From Methanobacteriota archaeon (GTDB lineage: Archaea > Thermoplasmatota > Thermoplasmata > RBG-16-68-12): DNA of 44,400 nt. Of the stretch, positions 35,487-43,723 are shown one piece after another. How positions within the stretch are numbered: position 1 is the first letter of the stretch; each line of letters begins with the position of its first letter. The position numbers were made by a program, and so were the translations under genes. The notes under the pieces were generated by a model, which saw nothing but the letters and a program-made list of their open reading frames with translations, was not told the DNA's origin and ran no database searches. Where the stretch lies: the NCBI GenBank assembly GCA_005878915.1, contig VBML01000020.1, positions 1 through 44,400 on the forward strand, given 5' to 3'.

Positions 35487-36438
35487 GCGGCTCGCGCAGG
35501 CTCGGCGGGGTGTACTCCCGCTCGCGCCTCCGCCGCCTTGCGACGAACCACGCGAGCAGAATGGCGGCGGCAACTCCGACCCCGACGCCCGCGAACACGA
35601 GGTAGGCACCGAGCGGGTTTGAGGATGGCGCTGCAGCCCTGTACGCGTACGAGACGAGTTCCGTTCGAGACACCTCGGCTCCGGACGCGTTGTACGTGGT
35701 CGTCCGCGCGTTGTTCCCGACCTGCGGAGCGAACTCGAACTCCTCCCGGCTGCCGTCCGGCCAGGATTCCCGGATCGTGTACGTGTCGAACGTGCCGAGC
35801 GGAACGGTGACGCGGGAGATCGCCGGGAGGGAGGCGGTGAACGTGACCTCGGCCTCCACGCTGCTCGTGAAGTTCAGCGGAGGGTTCGAGTCGAGCTGAA
35901 GGAAGACATCCTCCGATAGCGAGGAGTTCAGGGTGACGGTTCCCGTGAACCCGACGGGCACGGGGTAGACCCAATCGTCCCTCGCAACACGGCTTGACGT
36001 TGAGTTGATCCACACGAGAGTGAAGGGGACGTTGAGGATCATCGCCTGACCCGACGCGGTGATGTCGATCAGGCTCTTCACGACCTTGCGCGACGTCGTG
36101 GAGAACAGCTGCTCGCCCGTGAGGTTCCACAGGCCCGAGACCGGGACGGATGCGTTGAAGCGGGAGAACGCGCCCTCGAGGCTTCCCGCGCCCGCGGTCG
36201 GGACCACGTACACGTCCTGCGGGACGCCCCGGATTGTCCGGTTTGCGACACTCAGGATGTCCGCGCGCACGGTCCCGTTGAGGAACACCGTGTTCTCGAA
36301 CGTGGAGTTGAATCGGTACTCCCAGTAGTCCCCGGGCGACCACGCCGGGGCCTCCATCGCGGTCGGGAGCGGCGCCCGAGCGCCGCCCGCGGCGATTAGG
36401 GTGCAGGCGATTGCGACGAGCGCGACGAACGGACGCAT
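35470..36438 (-). CDS. Secreted, C-terminally anchored surface protein rich in N-glycosylation sequons
   Basis: The real part starts MRPFVALVAIACTLIAAGGARA at ATG 36438 (signal-like). It has ~10 N-x-S/T sequons, a C-terminal TM helix (AYLVFAGVGVGVAAAILLAWFV) and RRRRRE. The upstream part of the 440-aa track ORF is Arg/Pro-rich off-frame sequence. Confidence 0.7.
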   Translation of the reverse strand: MRPFVALVAIACTLIAAGGARAPLPTAMEAPAWSPGDYWEYRFNSTFENTVFLNGTVRADILSVANRTIRGVPQDVYVVPTAGAGSLEGAFSRFNASVPVSGLWNLTGEQLFSTTSRKVVKSLIDITASGQAMILNVPFTLVWINSTSSRVARDDWVYPVPVGFTGTVTLNSSLSEDVFLQLDSNPPLNFTSSVEAEVTFTASLPAISRVTVPLGTFDTYTIRESWPDGSREEFEFAPQVGNNARTTTYNASGAEVSRTELVSYAYRAAAPSSNPLGAYLVFAGVGVGVAAAILLAWFVARRRRREREYTPPSLREPPTSGP

Positions 36439-36494
36439 TGCTCGATGGATTCGCGGGCGCGAGATAAGGATTCGCCGCCGCTTCGGCCGCGGGC

Positions 36495-37052
36495 TCACTT
36501 CGAGGTCTCGACGACCTTTCCGTGCGCCATTGGGACGACCCGAATCCTGCCGTCGAAGGACCGCCGAAGCCCTCGCCCTTTGAGGTAGCGGTCGAGGAAT
36601 ACGGCGAGGGCGGCCACCTCGGAGTGGGGTTGGTTCCCCACGGCGACGTTGAACGTCGCGAGGTCGTACATTGCCCGCGGGACCTTCTCGGCCCCGACGA
36701 CGATCAGGAGATCCCGCCCGGTCGGGATACGGGGCAGGACGTCGTCGATGGCCTCGCCGTACATCGTGAGGTGGACGATGGTCCCCCGCCACGACCTCAC
36801 CACCTCCTGCCAGCGAACCCCCGTCCGGACCTGGAACGGCCCCCCGAACTTCTCCACAAGCGCTCGAAGTGTGGCCTCGAGTCGCACATCCTTCATCGAG
36901 ACGAAAATGGCCCCCCCTCCGAATGCCCTCGCGGTCAAGGCGACGTGGGTCGTCACCCGCTTGTCACGGGCGGGCCGATGGCCCAATCGGAGGACCGAGA
37001 TCGTCTGCGGGCCGGCCTTGACGGTTCGTTTCCGCCGGTCCGCGGTGCGCAT
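36495..37052 (-). CDS. trm56: tRNA (cytidine56-2'-O)-methyltransferase aTrm56 (SPOUT)
   Basis: VLRLGHRPARDKRVTTHVALTARAFGG, HLTMYGE, IVVGAEKVPR and VAVGNQPHSEVAALAVFLDR closely match archaeal Trm56. Confidence 0.88.
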   Translation of the reverse strand: MRTADRRKRTVKAGPQTISVLRLGHRPARDKRVTTHVALTARAFGGGAIFVSMKDVRLEATLRALVEKFGGPFQVRTGVRWQEVVRSWRGTIVHLTMYGEAIDDVLPRIPTGRDLLIVVGAEKVPRAMYDLATFNVAVGNQPHSEVAALAVFLDRYLKGRGLRRSFDGRIRVVPMAHGKVVETSK

Positions 37053-37055
37053 CGC

Positions 37056-37553
37056 CTATTCCTCGAACCGCATCACCCGGTGGCCCCGGAAGTCGAGTCG
37101 AGATGACCGTTTCACGAGGGCCTTAAGCATGGTCTGGGACACCTTCAGGTTCTCCGCGACATCCCCCGCGAACTTGCCATCGTCCCCGACCATGTCGAAA
37201 ATCTGTTTCTCGATCTTTGCGTAATCCTTCTCCGCCATCATCGCTGCGTACAGGACATCGGATATCTCCGTGACGGGCGCGGTTGCGTTGATGTGGAAGC
37301 TCGAGTAAAATGCGTGGTACGCCTTCTCCGGCTGCATCTGAGCCGATGTTTGCCACTTCGTCTCCACGAGCTTCATTTTCTCGAAGAACTTCAGTGCCTC
37401 GGCCCCCTCCGTCCCGAACTTCTCCTCGATCTGCTTCGCGGTCCGCCACTCGTTCGTCACCTCCCGGAAGACCTCCCGCTTGACGGGGGAGTCGACGGTG
37501 CGTAGAATCGGCACGAGCTCGGCGGGCTCGCTCACGACCTTGATTCGGTTCAT
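37056..37553 (-). CDS. Putative wHTH transcriptional regulator (ArsR-like, archaeal 165-aa type)
   Basis: The N-terminal PVKREVFREVTNEWRTAKQIEEKFGTEGAEALKFFEKMKLV looks like a wHTH. It ends 3 nt before the trm56 start, so the two are likely co-transcribed. The family assignment is tentative. Confidence 0.6.
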   Translation of the reverse strand: MNRIKVVSEPAELVPILRTVDSPVKREVFREVTNEWRTAKQIEEKFGTEGAEALKFFEKMKLVETKWQTSAQMQPEKAYHAFYSSFHINATAPVTEISDVLYAAMMAEKDYAKIEKQIFDMVGDDGKFAGDVAENLKVSQTMLKALVKRSSRLDFRGHRVMRFEE

Positions 37554-37560
37554 CCCGGAA

Positions 37561-37597
37561 CCCGCCTATATGAGGCGGGCGCGCTAAATAATTATTT
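37561..37597. promoter_or_regulatory. Inverted repeat and 12-bp A/T palindrome upstream of the 37553 regulator gene
   Basis: CCCGCCT-atatg-AGGCGGG (37561-37579) and AAATAATTATTT (37586-37597), 8-44 nt upstream of ATG 37553. The A/T palindrome is at the TATA-box distance. Confidence 0.4.
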
Positions 37598-37685
37598 GGT
37601 GGCCTGAAAGAAATTAGCACGGCTCAGCCCGGCACCGTATTCCTCCAGAGGAAATGGCCCCTCTTCCTGGGGGGTCCCGGGGACC

Positions 37686-38018
37686 TCACAGGGTGTCCGC
37701 GGCTTCCCCGACGCCCTTGCGGGCGATTTCCTCGTAGACCTCTTTGTGCTTGCGGAACTTCCAGATCTTTGCGTCGTCGAGGGCCATCAGCTTGATGACC
37801 TCTTCGACGCTCGCGTCCCAGGATTCCTCGATTTCCAGGCGTTGCTCGAGGTCTTTGACTCGGGTCACGAGATACGCGATGGCTTCGGCCTGACGGTTCA
37901 GGATCTTGCGGATTTCCTCGGTGTTCGAGTTCTCAGCATCCTTGATGTCCCGGAATTCGTTATCGATCCTCTGGAAGATGTTCTCGACGTTCTGCACGAG
38001 TGCACCCCGTCTGTCCAT
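37686..38018 (-). CDS. Hypothetical coiled-coil protein (110 aa)
   Basis: Acidic, heptad-rich sequence (NIFQRIDNEFRDIKDAENSNTEEIRKILNRQAEAIAYLVTRVKDLEQRLEIEE) with reasonable codon bias. Confidence 0.6.
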   Translation of the reverse strand: MDRRGALVQNVENIFQRIDNEFRDIKDAENSNTEEIRKILNRQAEAIAYLVTRVKDLEQRLEIEESWDASVEEVIKLMALDDAKIWKFRKHKEVYEEIARKGVGEAADTL

Positions 38019-38106
38019 CGCGGCCCGGGATATAAAACGTGAGCCTGGGGCCGGCGTCAGTCGGCTCGCGTTGGAACGAACCAGAGGATTCAGAACCCGA
38101 CGGAAC

Positions 38107-38114
38107 GTTTATCT
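38107..38114 (+). promoter_or_regulatory. TATA box of the OB-fold/SSB gene
   Basis: GTTTATCT is centred 28 nt upstream of ATG 38138, which implies a leaderless gene. Confidence 0.45.
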
Positions 38115-38137
38115 CGATTTCCGGGTTTCGCGCGGCG

Positions 38138-38431
38138 ATGAAGGTCAAAGACCTCCGGCCCGAGAGCAAGGTCGACACGATCTCCCTGACGATCACATCG
38201 AAGGGCGACGTCCGGGAGTTCACAAGCCGGTCGGGCTCCGTCGGCAAGGTGTGCGACTGCAAGGCGAAGGATGAGGACGGGGAAGAGGTCCAGATTACAC
38301 TGTGGAACGAGGAGATCGAGAGGGTTCGCCCGAATGATCGGGTCACGATCTCGAACGGCTGGGTACGCGAGTGGCGGGGGAACCTCCAGGTGAGCGCGGG
38401 CCGCTATGGCCGCCTCGAGGTCCTAAAGTAA
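38138..38431 (+). CDS. Single-OB-fold ssDNA-binding-like protein
   Basis: 97 aa. MKVKDLRPESKVDTISLTITSKGDVREFTSRSGSVGKVCDCKAKDEDGEEVQITLWNEEI...ISNGWVREWRGNLQVS is the typical short archaeal SSB/RPA-like OB pattern. Confidence 0.75.
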   Translation: MKVKDLRPESKVDTISLTITSKGDVREFTSRSGSVGKVCDCKAKDEDGEEVQITLWNEEIERVRPNDRVTISNGWVREWRGNLQVSAGRYGRLEVLK

Positions 38432-39013
38432 CGCGAGGATCGGGTACAACAGGGGCCACAGGGCGATCAGCGGGACCATCGTCATTAGGAAATCGTCGTC
38501 GACGACGCGGATGTCCGGGTATTCTGCGAGGAGGGCGAGGGGGGTCGCAATTGCCGTGAGCGCGGCGACCTTGAGGATGGTCAGCCCACCGAATCCCCCC
38601 GTGAGGAACGCGAAAACGAGCGCGTAGGCGACGGCGGGGAGCCACGGATATCGCCCCGTCCGACGGGACCATGCGCAGAGGGGATCGATCCACGCCATCC
38701 CGCAGAACGCGGGGATCACGAGGAGCGGCGGGAAGAGGGCAAGGGCCAGCGCGAGTCCAATCGTGCCCCAGGCGAACGCGGACACGCGCCCCGCCTCATA
38801 TTTCCTGAGTCCGAACACCGGGATTCGCAAGGCGAGCCGCCCCAGGTCGACGGCGAGCACGGTCCCCGCCGATAGCAGAAGGAGAGCCTCGCGCGTCAGT
38901 CCCGTCTGCGGATTTCCGAGGTCCGGCGGTATCCAATAGTACACGAGGAACACGGGGGAGGCGAGGTGGAACAGCCTCCGGAAGAGGTGCGGAGCCGGGA
39001 CCCCCTCCGCCAC
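38423..39013 (-). CDS. Polytopic membrane protein, possibly polyprenol/dolichol-kinase-like
   Basis: 196 aa with ~6 TM helices. It begins FRRLFHLASPVF and has a central WIDPLCAWSRRTGRYPW loop loosely resembling the Sec59/phytol-kinase family. The functional call is weak. Confidence 0.6.
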   Translation of the reverse strand: MAEGVPAPHLFRRLFHLASPVFLVYYWIPPDLGNPQTGLTREALLLLSAGTVLAVDLGRLALRIPVFGLRKYEAGRVSAFAWGTIGLALALALFPPLLVIPAFCGMAWIDPLCAWSRRTGRYPWLPAVAYALVFAFLTGGFGGLTILKVAALTAIATPLALLAEYPDIRVVDDDFLMTMVPLIALWPLLYPILALL

Positions 39014-39019
39014 GCCACC

Positions 39020-40343
39020 TCACTCCGCAAACGACGCTCGGCCCCATTTCCCGTCGATGCCCCGATACAGCACCAGGGTCGCGATCGCAAGCACGGCGAG
39101 CACGAGGGAGATGCCCGCGATCGTGAAGACGGGATCGCGATCGACGGTAAATGACAGAATCGTGAGCCCCAGGTCGGGGAGCATCGCCATCACGCTGAAC
39201 TGAGCGAGGATGCCCGGGTCGAAAAGGAACGAGTTCGTCCGAAGCCCGGTGAGGTACGCGGTCATCACAACCATGTACACGGAGGTGACGAGCATCACGG
39301 GAAAGGCGAGCCACAGGAGCCGGACGTCGCCGTTGAGGACGCTCACACCAACGACAAACACCGAGCTGATTCCCGTCGAGAGGACGAGGAACGCAGCGAG
39401 TTTCGAACGGATGACCTTTGGAACGCCAAGGGGGAGGGTCTCGTAGTGATCCATCGCGTCGACGCTGTTCAGCCAATTGTACAGGAGGACGCCGAAAAAT
39501 CCAACCATCGCCCCGTAGAAGACAGAGTTGAAGCCCACGGGGACACGGAAGCCGTAGCGAACGAGCCACGCCGTGAAGCTTAGCAGGATCAGGGGCGTCA
39601 CGAAGGAGAAGAACATCTTTGCGATCGTCCCGCTCCGCTTCAGGTCGACGAACTCCTTCGCCAAATGAATGCGATATCCTCCCGCGAGCCCGAGGCGGGC
39701 GTCGACCCTCGGGAGCTCCTCCCGTGCGGGCGTCGACCGGGGTTCATAATGGTCCGGGACGAGGACGAGGGCACCGGCGATGCAGGCGGCGATTACCCCG
39801 GCACCCGCCAGGCCCGCAACGAGGGCGGGGACCCCGGATGTACAACGTGGACACGAAGAAACTCAAGCTCATCCCCAGGAGAAAGGAGACGAGCGACGCG
39901 AGGAACAGGAACCCGATGCTTGCGACGCGGAAGCCGGTGAACGGAACGGAGGCAAGGAGGCCTGCGACCATCGGCACGAGGAGGAGCACGGTGTAGAACA
40001 GGGCGTCCCGAACGTACATCCCGAAGAACGTGCGGCGGAACGACATCGGGAGCAGCGCCGGCATCGCGACGAGGTAGTTCCGATTCCCGTGGCGGCGTTC
40101 GAGGTACTGCGCTCCGAGGAAGCCGAATGCGCCGACACCGAGGCCGTAGAGGAACGCGGACACGTGCAGGAAAAGGATCGCCTCGCTCAGTGGAGTCGCC
40201 TCGAGGATCCGATGAGATGTGAGGCCGATCGCGAGGGAGAACAGGAAGACGACGACGGGGAACGTGAGGAACATCCGGGGACTGGAGTACCGGGCGTGCA
40301 TCCGAAACTCCTCCTTGAGCATCAGCCGGAGGAGATAGCTCAT
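39020..40343 (-). pseudogene. ABC-transporter permease (multi-TM) split by an apparent +1 frameshift at a G4/C4 run
   Basis: The N-terminal half starts at ATG 40343, in an ATGA overlap with the ATPase stop, and is good to ~39840 (...SFFVSTLYI). That frame then turns into RGPRPRCGPGG off-frame sequence. The +1 frame is open from 39862 and encodes a TM helix (GVPALVAGLAGAGVIAACIAGALVLV) with good GC3 bias. It has no start codon until TTG 39664. Confidence 0.6.
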
Positions 40344-41065
40344 CGCCGCTCCCCGACGAGGCGCAGGAACGCCGCCTCGAGGTCCTTGTCCCCCTTCCGG
40401 AGCTCCGCGACGGATCCGCGGGCGATCAACCGGCCGCCGTCGATGATTGCCACTTGGTTGCAGAGCTTCTCGGCGATCTCGAGGAGATGGGAGCACATGA
40501 AGACGGTGTGCCCCGCCGCGTGGTATTCCAGGAGGAAGTCCTTCAGCCGACGCTGGTAGATCGGGTCGAGGTTGATGAACGGCTCGTCGAGGAAGAGCAG
40601 GTCCGGGTCATGGAGGAACGCGGCCGCGAGCATGAGCTTCTGGCGCGTCCCCTTCGAGAGGTCCCGACAGATCGTCCCCCGCGTCCCGTCGAGGTCGAAG
40701 AACGTGATCCATCGGTCGATCGCCCGCTGAAGGTTCGCCACCTCGCGCACGCGGCCCACGAAATAGAGATACTCGGCAGCCGTCAAGTACGACGGAGGGG
40801 ACTCGACCTCGGGCACGATCCCGATGGCCGCCTTCACCTTCAGGGGTTCGCGGGCAGGATCGATCCCGAGGACTCTCGCCGTCCCGGTCGTGGGTGCGAG
40901 CTGTCCCGTCAGAATCCGGAGAAGCGTTGTCTTGCCGGCGCCATTCGGGCCGAAAAGCCCGAAGAACTGACCCGAGTCAAGGTCGAGGTCCACGCCGTCC
41001 AAGGCGACCACGGAGTTGAACCGCTTCCCGAGGCCGCGGGCCTCGATCGCCTTCACGCGCGGCAC
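40340..41065 (-). CDS. ABC transporter ATP-binding protein
   Basis: Walker A GPNGAGKTT, Q-loop, signature LSKGTRQKL, Walker B LLFLDEP and an H-loop. The track start at 41065 is a GTG. GTG 41056 (giving MKAIEARGL) fits the CATATAAC box at 41078-41085 better. Confidence 0.9.
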   Translation of the reverse strand: MPRVKAIEARGLGKRFNSVVALDGVDLDLDSGQFFGLFGPNGAGKTTLLRILTGQLAPTTGTARVLGIDPAREPLKVKAAIGIVPEVESPPSYLTAAEYLYFVGRVREVANLQRAIDRWITFFDLDGTRGTICRDLSKGTRQKLMLAAAFLHDPDLLFLDEPFINLDPIYQRRLKDFLLEYHAAGHTVFMCSHLLEIAEKLCNQVAIIDGGRLIARGSVAELRKGDKDLEAAFLRLVGERR

Positions 41066-41187
41066 GAGCCCGAGCCGGTTATATGAGGATATGGAGACGG
41101 TTATCGAGCCCCCGTCAGACTTGCGTCGGTTGAGCGACCCTGCGGGCGGAGCGGATTTGCGACGACCTTATCTCGGCGTTGTCGTTG

Positions 41188-41592
41188 ATGGGTTTCGTGA
41201 GGACCGTCCTCTTCGTGTGCGTCGAGAATTCGTTCCGCAGCGTCATCGCGGAGGCCCTGTTCAATGCGAATGCACCGCCGGGTTGGAAAGCGATCAGTGC
41301 CGGCGTCGACGCGGTCGGCAAGCAGGTCAACCCGCTCGCGTATTCGCTCATGGAGGAAATTGGCGTTCGGGTTTCAAAAAAACGTCCGCAGCAGGTGACG
41401 GCGGAGATGATCCAGAAGGCGTGGCGCGTCGTAACGTTCGGCTGTCTCGACCGATGCCCCGCGGGTGCCGCGGGAAAGAACGAGGATTGGCCGATTCCCG
41501 GGTCGACGGGAAAGACGCACTCGGAGTTGCAAGAGATCCGGTCGGACCTCGAGAGGAGGGTGTCCGAGCTCCTCCGACGATTGCCGGATTGA
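41188..41592 (+). CDS. Low-molecular-weight phosphotyrosine phosphatase / thioredoxin-coupled arsenate reductase family protein
   Basis: VLFVCVENSFRSVIAEA contains the C-x5-R-S P-loop. Size is ~135 aa. CTTATCT lies ~20 nt upstream of ATG 41188. Confidence 0.85.
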   Translation: MGFVRTVLFVCVENSFRSVIAEALFNANAPPGWKAISAGVDAVGKQVNPLAYSLMEEIGVRVSKKRPQQVTAEMIQKAWRVVTFGCLDRCPAGAAGKNEDWPIPGSTGKTHSELQEIRSDLERRVSELLRRLPD

Positions 41593-41617
41593 ACAGAACA
41601 CGTGAGGGGATGGGAAC

Positions 41618-42484
41618 TTGACACGACGATCTGTGGCCTCCCCGGTCGTCGTGACCCACTGCGGTGCGGGTTCGACGTTGGAGATCGTGGATGCCGCGGA
41701 GACCGCGGGGCGGGCCGCGCTATCGGCTCTTGATGGAGGCGGACGAGCCCTCGACGCGGTGACGAACGCGATCGTGGTCCTCGAAGACGACGAGCGCACG
41801 AACGCGGGAACGGGTTCGCGGTTGCGAATCGACGGACGTGCGCAGATGGACGCGTCCATCATGACGGAGGACCTCGAATCGGGGGCGGTCGCCGCTATCG
41901 AAGGCGTACGGAATCCTATCCTGGTTGCGAGGAAAGTCATGGAAACGCCCCACGTGCTCCTCGTGGGTGCGGATGCTGTCGCATTCGCCCGCAGAATGGG
42001 CTTCCAGTCTCACAATCCCGTAACCGCTGCAGCGAAGGTGAGATGGAAGGAATCGCTCGACCGGATTCGGCGGGGGGATCTTCCGCCACACGCGCGGAAG
42101 TGGCGGGACTTCCGCGACCTCGCGGGTACCGTCGGCGCCGTCGCGCGCGACTCGCGGGGGCACTTCTGCGCGGGGAGTTCCACCGGGGGTACCGCCTTCA
42201 TGATGCCGGGGCGCGTCGGGGACACGCCCATTGTGGGGGCGGGGATTTACTGCGGTTCCGCCGGTGCGGTCTCCGTCACGGGCCATGGAGAGGAGATCAT
42301 CCGACGCGTCCTCTCGAAGTCTGTCTATGACCTCATGGCCCGAGGACGAAGGACTCAGGCGGCGTGCGACGAGGGCCTGCGGCTCTTCAAGAAAACCATC
42401 CCCATCGGTATCATCGCGGTAGGGAAGGACGGCGCGGGGGAGGCGTGCAATCGCAAGATGGCGTGGTGGACGAACGCTCCCTGA
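41618..42484 (+). CDS. Isoaspartyl peptidase / plant-type L-asparaginase (Ntn hydrolase)
   Basis: THCGAGS, the autoprocessing site GTVGAVARD, STGG and GHGEEIIR motifs. It starts at a TTG preceded by GAGGGGA. Confidence 0.9.
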   Translation: MTRRSVASPVVVTHCGAGSTLEIVDAAETAGRAALSALDGGGRALDAVTNAIVVLEDDERTNAGTGSRLRIDGRAQMDASIMTEDLESGAVAAIEGVRNPILVARKVMETPHVLLVGADAVAFARRMGFQSHNPVTAAAKVRWKESLDRIRRGDLPPHARKWRDFRDLAGTVGAVARDSRGHFCAGSSTGGTAFMMPGRVGDTPIVGAGIYCGSAGAVSVTGHGEEIIRRVLSKSVYDLMARGRRTQAACDEGLRLFKKTIPIGIIAVGKDGAGEACNRKMAWWTNAP

Positions 42485-42562
42485 ATCCCCTCTCGTGGTC
42501 ACCGCATCGTTTAAGGATGCACTTGTTATCATGCCCGTGCTACGGTGTGAATTGGGGGACGG

Positions 42563-42874
42563 TTGTTGTCGCGGAAATCCGTGCTGACCAGCAAGATCGA
42601 GGTCGAGGTCAAGCTCCTCGAGCGCCACGTCCAGATGCTGAAGGCGATCAATGAGAACCAGCCCATCGGCATCATACGACTGAGTGAGATGTTGACCGTG
42701 CCCCAGCACAAGGTCCGATACAGTTTGCGGATCCTCGAACAGGAGGGGCTCATCAAGCCCTCTCCCGAGGGCGCGGTCACCACCGACCGGCTGGAGGAGT
42801 TCTTGGACTACCTGAAGAGCGTCCTCGACATGATGTCGGGCACCGTCCAGGAGCTTCGGAAGTCCCTCGGTTGA
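42563..42874 (+). CDS. Winged-helix transcriptional regulator (COG3388-like)
   Basis: LLERHVQMLKAINENQPIGIIRLSEMLTVPQHKVRYSLRILEQEGLI is an HTH. It lies directly upstream of an ABC transporter pair. Confidence 0.7.
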   Translation: MLSRKSVLTSKIEVEVKLLERHVQMLKAINENQPIGIIRLSEMLTVPQHKVRYSLRILEQEGLIKPSPEGAVTTDRLEEFLDYLKSVLDMMSGTVQELRKSLG

Positions 42875-42922
42875 ATCGTCGCGCCATACCTTTATCCCGG
42901 GCTTTTGGGTAGCGAGGGCGCG

Positions 42923-43723
42923 ATGCAAGGCCCGAGAGCTTCCCTCGCGATTGAGAACCTGTGGAAGCGCTATGACGGGAAGACAGCGGTCGAGGGCCTG
43001 AGCCTCGCCGTGCAACCCCGCGAGGTATTCGGCCTCATCGGGCCGAACGGGGCCGGCAAGACGACGACCCTGAAGATCATTGTAGGGCTCCTCCGTCCCG
43101 ATTTCGGACGCGTCGTCCTAGACGGCCACGACATCCTCGGGCAGCCGTACGATTACAAGGCGTCCATCGGGTACCTTCCGGAAGCGACGACCCTGCCGGA
43201 CTACCTCTCCGGGGTCGAGTTCCTGACGTTCGTCGGAAGGCTGCGGGAAGTGCCGAGGGAGGCCCTCGGGCTCCGGATGACCGACCTCCTCCATCGGTTG
43301 GACCTGGATGGCCCGAAGAGGGATCTCATCGTCACGTACTCGAAGGGCATGCGACAGAAACTCGCGTTCGCGGCATCGGTGATCCACCAGCCGAGCCTGC
43401 TGATCTTGGACGAACCGCTGATCGGTGTGGACCCGGCGGGCCAATACGCGATCAAGGAGGAGGCACGCACGGTCACCCGCCGCGGCGGGTCCGTCATCGT
43501 GTCAACGCACATGCTCGACACGGCGGAAAAACTGTGCGACCGAATCGCGATCATGCAGCACGGCCGCATCGCGGCGATGGGCACGCTTGCCGAGCTCCGG
43601 TCGACCTCTCGCGCGGGAGCGGACGCAACCCTTGAGGACGTGTTCCTCAAGCTCACAGAGGAGGCCGGGCAGCCCGCGCCCCCGGAGACTTCCCGCCGAA
43701 CCCTCCTCGGAATGAGGCGGTGA
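42923..43723 (+). CDS. ABC transporter ATP-binding protein
   Basis: Walker A GPNGAGKTT, signature YSKGMRQKL, Walker B LLILDEP and H-loop STHML. I prefer ATG 42923 over the track's TTG 42905. Confidence 0.9.
   Translation: MQGPRASLAIENLWKRYDGKTAVEGLSLAVQPREVFGLIGPNGAGKTTTLKIIVGLLRPDFGRVVLDGHDILGQPYDYKASIGYLPEATTLPDYLSGVEFLTFVGRLREVPREALGLRMTDLLHRLDLDGPKRDLIVTYSKGMRQKLAFAASVIHQPSLLILDEPLIGVDPAGQYAIKEEARTVTRRGGSVIVSTHMLDTAEKLCDRIAIMQHGRIAAMGTLAELRSTSRAGADATLEDVFLKLTEEAGQPAPPETSRRTLLGMRR

Noticed and set aside
35028-36792. ORFs 35028-35609, 35309-36343 and the N-terminal 118 aa of 35470-36792
   Set aside because: They are off-frame or antisense to the ParB-like and surface-glycoprotein genes and are Arg/Pro-rich. 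The signal peptide at ATG 36438 marks the true start.
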